Shown piece after piece: positions 59,477 through 64,000 of a stretch of DNA of 64,000 nt; position 1 is the first letter of the stretch, and every line of letters begins with the position of its first letter. The position numbers were made by a program, and so were the translations under genes. Below the pieces are notes generated by a model. That model was not told the DNA's origin and ran no database searches. It was given only the letters and a program-made list of their open reading frames with translations. Source of the DNA: Elusimicrobiota bacterium (lineage in GTDB: Bacteria > Elusimicrobiota > Elusimicrobia > UBA1565 > UBA9628); the NCBI GenBank assembly GCA_003151975.1, contig PLZD01000067.1:1143-65142 (forward strand), read 5' to 3'.

Positions 59477-61540
59477 ATGACCCCGGAAGAAATCCCGGCT
59501 TGGGAGCCTTTCCTTAAAAGGATACAGCTGTTCGCCGGCCTCTCCGGCCCGGACTTAGCTCGGATCGCCGCGCGCCTGCAGACCCTCTCCTTGCCGAAGA
59601 ACTCGCTTTTGTTCTCGCAGGGCGACGAGAGCGACTCGCTCTACATCGTCGTCTCGGGCCAAGTTCGCATCATCAACACGAGCAAAGGGGAGGAAACCGT
59701 GGCCGCGATACTGGGCCGCGGCGAGATGCTCGGAGAAGGCGGCGTGCTCACCGGCGAGCCGCGCACGACCACCGTGCGGCTGGCGACCACTTGCGAGTTT
59801 CTGAAGCTCCCGCGCAAGGATTTCGAGGAAGTGCTGCGCGAAAATCCCGCGATCCTGCTGCACCTCTCGCGCCTGGTCACGATGCGCCTCATCGAGTCCA
59901 ATCGTCCTCAGAAAAAGCCGCAGACCGCCAACGAGCTGGTCGCATTGAACGCCGCCTTGAATCGCCCCGACCGCCTGCTGCTGGCGGTGCATATGGGTCT
60001 CGAGCTCATGGAGCAGACCCGGCGCCGCGTTTTGCTCGTCGACATGAACCCCGACGCGGGCGCCATCGCTAGAGCCCTGGGCCTCAAGCCAGTGCTCGCC
60101 ACCGAGACCTCGATCCGCGAGATCAACCTGCGCGACCCCGGCCAGATTCGGACCTTGGCGCAGCAGCATCCGTCGGGCCTCGAGATTTTGTCATTGCCGG
60201 CGGCGACTCTAGGGGGCCGGCTCTATTCGGGCATCTATCTCTTCCTGAATTTTCTGCGCGAGGTGCACGATATCGTGCTCGTCTCTCTCTCGGGAGAGTT
60301 AGGAGATGTCGAGAAAAGCATATTATCCGAGGCGGACCAGGTTCTGCTGGCCGGCGCCGAGGGCACGCGGCCCCAATACCGCCAGCTGGAAGCCGAACTC
60401 GGCTCGCTGGTAGACCCCAAAAGGCTGCAGAGGCTTTGGCTTGGCGACGCGGAGCACGAGGACGTGGCCGCCGCCCTCTTGAGCGCGCCACCCGTCATCC
60501 TGCCGTGGTCGGAGGGCCTGGCCTCCGAGTTCGAGCGCTCGGGCTCGCCGTATAAGCCCATGGAGGCGCATCCCAAATCGCGCCTGGCTTTGGAGCGCCT
60601 GGCGCGCCGCATCGGCGGCGTCAAGGTGGGCTTGGCGCTGGGCACCGGAGCGGCGCTCGGCCATTCGCTGATCGGCATCTTGAAGGTCTTCAAGCGCGAG
60701 GGCATACCGATCGACATCATCGCGGGCACGTCGATTGGCTCCTTGATCGGGGGATTTGTCGCGCTGGGCATGGAGCCCGAAGAGATCGAGGACATGGCCA
60801 TCAAGATCGACAAGAGCTGGGTCTACGAGAACCTGTTCTGGGACTTGACCATCCCGCGCTCGGGCCTCTTCGCGGGCCACACGCTGCTGCGCTTCATTCG
60901 CTCCTATTTCGGCAGCAAGGAGTTCCATGAGCTCGAGCTGCCCTACGCGTGCGTGGCCTGCGACATCGAGACGGGCGAGGAGGTCGTGCTGCGCGAGGGA
61001 CGTGTCGCGGAATCCATCCGCGCTTCCTGCGGGCTGCCGCTCATATTCGCGCCGGAGCGCATCGGCGGGCGCTACCTCGTCGACGGCGGCCTCGTCAATC
61101 CCGTGCCGACCTCGGTCGTCTCCGACATGGGCGCCGACATCACGATCGCCGTCAACCTCACGATGCCGGCCTCCGACCGCCCGCGGCAGGCCCCGCGGGG
61201 CCGGCCCCACGGCCTGCTCAACACGCCCGTCGATCTGCAGCACTTGAAGGACCTGACCATGCCCGACATGCTCAAGGCCCCCAATCTCATGGATGTTTTC
61301 TTTCAGATGATCTACACGATGGAGTACGAAGTCGCGCAGAATCGGCTCGCGCTCGCGCACGTCGTGATCCATCCGGACCTCAAGGGCTTCTCGTGGACCG
61401 AGATGCACCGCGCGCGAGAGCTTATACGCGCCGGCGAGCGCGTGGCCGAGCAGTACGTCCCGCAGATCAAGGCCCTGATCCCGTTTTTCGCGGATTCCTG
61501 CAAAGTCCCGATCCGGCTGTCGAGTCCCTGGTCGCCCTGA
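59477..61540 (+). CDS. cyclic-nucleotide-binding domain + central P-loop-less MinD/ParA-like region + patatin-like phospholipase
   Basis: 687 aa. The cNMP-binding domain reads GEMLGEGGVLTGEPRTTTVRLAT. The central region has RRRVLLVDMNPDAGAIARALGL...DIVLVSLSG...ADQVLLAG with no GKT. The patatin domain has GTGAALG, GTSIG and VDGGLVNPVP. Confidence 0.85.
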   Translation: MTPEEIPAWEPFLKRIQLFAGLSGPDLARIAARLQTLSLPKNSLLFSQGDESDSLYIVVSGQVRIINTSKGEETVAAILGRGEMLGEGGVLTGEPRTTTVRLATTCEFLKLPRKDFEEVLRENPAILLHLSRLVTMRLIESNRPQKKPQTANELVALNAALNRPDRLLLAVHMGLELMEQTRRRVLLVDMNPDAGAIARALGLKPVLATETSIREINLRDPGQIRTLAQQHPSGLEILSLPAATLGGRLYSGIYLFLNFLREVHDIVLVSLSGELGDVEKSILSEADQVLLAGAEGTRPQYRQLEAELGSLVDPKRLQRLWLGDAEHEDVAAALLSAPPVILPWSEGLASEFERSGSPYKPMEAHPKSRLALERLARRIGGVKVGLALGTGAALGHSLIGILKVFKREGIPIDIIAGTSIGSLIGGFVALGMEPEEIEDMAIKIDKSWVYENLFWDLTIPRSGLFAGHTLLRFIRSYFGSKEFHELELPYACVACDIETGEEVVLREGRVAESIRASCGLPLIFAPERIGGRYLVDGGLVNPVPTSVVSDMGADITIAVNLTMPASDRPRQAPRGRPHGLLNTPVDLQHLKDLTMPDMLKAPNLMDVFFQMIYTMEYEVAQNRLALAHVVIHPDLKGFSWTEMHRARELIRAGERVAEQYVPQIKALIPFFADSCKVPIRLSSPWSP

Positions 61541-61550
61541 GCGCGGCCCG

Positions 61551-63701
61551 CTAGCCCTGCGCGCCTTTGGCCTGCAGCCACTTGAGCACGTCGATGAACT
61601 TGTCCTCGGAATTATCGCGCGGCGGCTCGTCGGCCTTGAGTACCCGGTAGACCGCCAGCCAACGATCGCCCGCGTCGCGCTCGCCGTACTCGATGACGAC
61701 GCCGCGGCGCCAGAAATCGGAAAGGGCCTTCATGCCCGCCTCGGACAACCGCGGAATCTTGTGGGTCCGGGCCTTCTCGGCGAAGTTGATCAGGATGTAG
61801 TCGACGCCCGCGGCGCGCAGGCGAGCCGCCAACGCCGCGCCGTCGGCGCTCTGGTTGGCCCAAACTTCAAGGACCTCGGTCTGGTCGGAGGAAGCCGCCA
61901 GCGCTTGCCGCTCGAGATAGAACGCGCGCGGATCGCCGTAGACGAGCACTTTGGCTGACGGCGGCGTCGCGGCGTTGATATAGCCGATCCCCGCGTAGGC
62001 CGGCGTCGGGTACGAGATCTCGTGGTGCTCGAGGTACTGCGCGTAGCCGATGTCTCCGCGGTAGACGGCGAGCTTGCCGCGGTTGCCGTCGAAAACCGAC
62101 CACCAAAATCCGGTGGCGGAAAAAAGGCACACGCCCAACAGCAGGACGGCGTTGCGCAGCGCGCGCGGCTCGGCGCGACTGACGCCGCAGGCGACAGCCA
62201 AGGTGATCAGCGCCAGGTGCGGGATGAAGTACCGCGTGAGTTCGGAGACCAGGCTCAAGGGCACCCAGCAGCACAGCGCGGTCCAGGCCAGCAGGCGCTC
62301 CTGCTCGGTGGTCCCGCGGGCCAAGACCAGCGGCAGCAGGCAAAGCGCGAACGGGCCGATCGAGAGCGAGAGGTCTTCGGTCGACACGAGAAAGCGCCAC
62401 GGATGCCATGCGTAGTGCTGCAGGCCTTGAAGGCTCAGCAGCGACACGGAGGCTCCCGCGCCCGCGCTGCTCATCTGCCGCCAATCGGGCAGAAATGCCG
62501 AATTCGGCGAGAAGAATTCCTGAAAGAACGGGTAGATGGGATTGCCGTAGAGCCAGATGTTCTTTATGATCCACGGCGCGAGCATGACGCCGGCCGCCGC
62601 CAGGACCGTGGCGATTTCGCGCGCTTTCGCGCGGGGGGAAACGAGGAGGGCCGGCAGAAGCGCCAGCGGCAGCAGCCAAGCCTGGTATTTCGCGGCCATC
62701 GTAAGGCCGAGAAGACAGCCGGCGAGCGCCAGCCAGCGGCGGCGCTCGGGATCGTCGCCGGTCTTGGAGAGCGCCGCCAGCCACGCCGAGAAAAAGCAAA
62801 GCTCGAGCAAAGTCCACTCAAGGCCCACCGAGGTCCGGTAGCACTCGGCCGTGACGACCGGCGCGAAAAAAAATGCGGCCGCGGCCAGCGCTCCCGCTCC
62901 CGGCCGGCCGAGCCTTCCGGCGAGCCCGATGAAGGCGAGCGCGATCCACCAAATCATGCTCGCGTGCAGCAGCGAGGCTGACACCCCCCAACGATCGAAG
63001 GCGAGCGTCAGGCCATAGAGCATCTGCGGCAGGGCCGGTATGCCGGCATAGGAGTTCTCGGGCACGGCGAGTATGCGCCCGTGCTGGAGGTAAAGGCTCG
63101 GCAGCCACAAGTGATATTGAAGAGCGTCGTAGAAAGTTTCTGGGATCAGCGAATAGCGCGCCACGTAGCACCAGCCCGCGAGCAGAAGGCCCAGCGACCA
63201 GCGCTCCCAACTTGTGGGGCTCCCCACGCTTGCGGCCGCAGGCTCCGCGGCCGAGCGTCGCCAGTCGAAGACGGCCCAGGCAAGGCCGAGAGCTCCGAGG
63301 GCCTCGAGAAAAGGCTTGCGCCAGAGCCCAGCCAGACCGAGCAGGAGAAGGCCTGTCGCCCAGGCGCCGTAGCCGAGAGTGAAGCTCAAAGCCAGCTCCT
63401 CGCAATAGTTGTGGGCGCGCAGGCCGAGAACGCGAAGCAGGCGCCTTCCCGTGGCCGCTAAGACGAAGCTCAAAGCCGCCGTGAAGACGACGCGCTTGAG
63501 CTGAGCGAGCACAGCGGGCCATTGCGGCAAGCCGACGAGCGGTTCGGCAAGCCAGCGCGCTAGAGGGCCGGCCCAGGGCACGCCCGCCACGCGCGGGATG
63601 TAGGCGACGTTGACGGCCGTCCAGACGAGGAGCGCGGCCAGCCACCAAGGCCAGGAGCTCGTCGCGGGCGCGTCGGGGAGAGCGGGTTTCTTTCGGCTCA
63701 C
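61551..63701 (-). CDS. large polytopic membrane protein, possibly a GT-C-fold (ArnT/PMT-like) glycosyltransferase, with soluble C-terminal domain
   Basis: 716 aa with a GTG start. About 12 or more hydrophobic segments fill the first roughly 520 aa, and a soluble tail of about 190 aa follows. The family assignment is tentative and rests on architecture only. Confidence 0.45.
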   Translation of the reverse strand: MSRKKPALPDAPATSSWPWWLAALLVWTAVNVAYIPRVAGVPWAGPLARWLAEPLVGLPQWPAVLAQLKRVVFTAALSFVLAATGRRLLRVLGLRAHNYCEELALSFTLGYGAWATGLLLLGLAGLWRKPFLEALGALGLAWAVFDWRRSAAEPAAASVGSPTSWERWSLGLLLAGWCYVARYSLIPETFYDALQYHLWLPSLYLQHGRILAVPENSYAGIPALPQMLYGLTLAFDRWGVSASLLHASMIWWIALAFIGLAGRLGRPGAGALAAAAFFFAPVVTAECYRTSVGLEWTLLELCFFSAWLAALSKTGDDPERRRWLALAGCLLGLTMAAKYQAWLLPLALLPALLVSPRAKAREIATVLAAAGVMLAPWIIKNIWLYGNPIYPFFQEFFSPNSAFLPDWRQMSSAGAGASVSLLSLQGLQHYAWHPWRFLVSTEDLSLSIGPFALCLLPLVLARGTTEQERLLAWTALCCWVPLSLVSELTRYFIPHLALITLAVACGVSRAEPRALRNAVLLLGVCLFSATGFWWSVFDGNRGKLAVYRGDIGYAQYLEHHEISYPTPAYAGIGYINAATPPSAKVLVYGDPRAFYLERQALAASSDQTEVLEVWANQSADGAALAARLRAAGVDYILINFAEKARTHKIPRLSEAGMKALSDFWRRGVVIEYGERDAGDRWLAVYRVLKADEPPRDNSEDKFIDVLKWLQAKGAQG

Positions 63702-63710
63702 GCGGTGACC

Positions 63711-64000
63711 CTAGCGCGCGGTCGTCGATCTGCCCGGTTCGTAGGATCCCAGAATGGTGTGAGCCGCGTCGAGATCGCCGGTGGCGATCTTGACGAACAC
63801 GTCCTTGAGCAGGGCGCGCTGGCGGTCGTCGGCGAGCAGAGCGCGGCTGTAAGCCAGGCTCGGGGCCAAGCGCTTGGCATAATCGTCGACGATGACCCGC
63901 CAGCGGGGCTTGACCGTGTTGAGCGCGGCCAGGCGATAGGGCGTGTTGACGAAGTCTTGAATATTTCGGCCGAGGTCCTTGCGCAGATTGCCGTTGGTCT
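63711..64000 (-). CDS. 3' end of a CDS truncated by the window edge (unknown function)
   Basis: I translated the minus strand by hand. It reads ...TNGNLRKDLGRNIQDFVNTPYRLAALNTVKPRWRVIVDDYAKRLAPSLAYSRALLADDRQRALLKDVFVKIATGDLDAAHTILGSYEPGRSTTAR* with a TAG stop at 63711-63713. This differs from the 60-aa track ORF at 63698-63880, which is in another frame. Confidence 0.6.
   Translation of the reverse strand, partial: TNGNLRKDLGRNIQDFVNTPYRLAALNTVKPRWRVIVDDYAKRLAPSLAYSRALLADDRQRALLKDVFVKIATGDLDAAHTILGSYEPGRSTTAR

Noticed and set aside
58884-61540. nudF + cNMP-patatin pair as a CBASS-like or other cyclic-nucleotide anti-phage system
   Set aside because: No CD-NTase, cyclase, Cap-type accessory gene or other defence hallmark is nearby. 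The cNMP-binding domain is CAP-type rather than SAVED/STING. The surrounding context is housekeeping (dnaE), so this is more likely an NTE/RssA-type regulated lipase.
1-64000. Search for tRNA/rRNA genes, CRISPR arrays, IS elements, integrases, prophage or toxin-antitoxin modules
   Set aside because: The only intergenic gaps long enough for a tRNA (15292-15368, 28853-29008, 39616-39722, 43430-43545) show no cloverleaf-like features or GTTCxAxxC box. No spaced direct repeats are present. No transposase, recombinase or phage-like translation appears in any frame.

Overview
This is a GC-rich bacterial chromosomal segment that is almost entirely coding. I saw no rRNA, tRNA, CRISPR array, transposase or integrase. 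From 1 to 27.8 kb on the + strand lies the S10-spc-alpha ribosomal-protein supercluster (rplD to rplQ, with secY, adk, map, infA, rpmJ and rpoA, but no rpmD/L30). It runs without a strand change into mreB-mreC-mreD-mrdA-rodA, an RNase E/G homologue, an AMIN-amidase, murI, an orphan ORF, an atypical rho, ridA and a secreted orphan. A cytoplasmic PAS histidine kinase sits at 27.8-28.9 kb on the - strand. The stand-out locus is at 29.0-39.6 kb. One uninterrupted 9,090-nt ORF (3,029 aa) joins all the parts of a Bat/MoxR-type von Willebrand-A (vWA) system. In order these are a BatD/DUF4381-like part, a BatA-like vWA, TPR repeats, a BatB-like vWA, about 1,100 aa of unrecognisable helical sequence with an internal duplication, and DUF58. 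Its stop overlaps (ATGA) the start of a MoxR AAA+ ATPase that has an odd N-terminal extension, and a strong intrinsic terminator closes the unit. At 39.7-46.5 kb are a beta-lactamase-fold hydrolase, a LOG protein with an AtoE-like transporter, and a polytopic (CPBP-like) membrane domain fused to an HtrA protease. At 46.5-58.9 kb on the - strand are 11 tightly packed genes: dnaE, a receiver, an OMP, a LacD-like aldolase, a PPi-type PFK, a HAMP protein, a TolC-like OMP, a secreted patatin, a TPR protein, dapF and dapA. At 58.9-64 kb are nudF, a cNMP-binding patatin, a large polytopic membrane protein and a truncated ORF. The envelope genes point to a rod-shaped diderm, but the phylum cannot be determined by eye. 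Every functional call rests on motifs read from the translations, and no database search was run.
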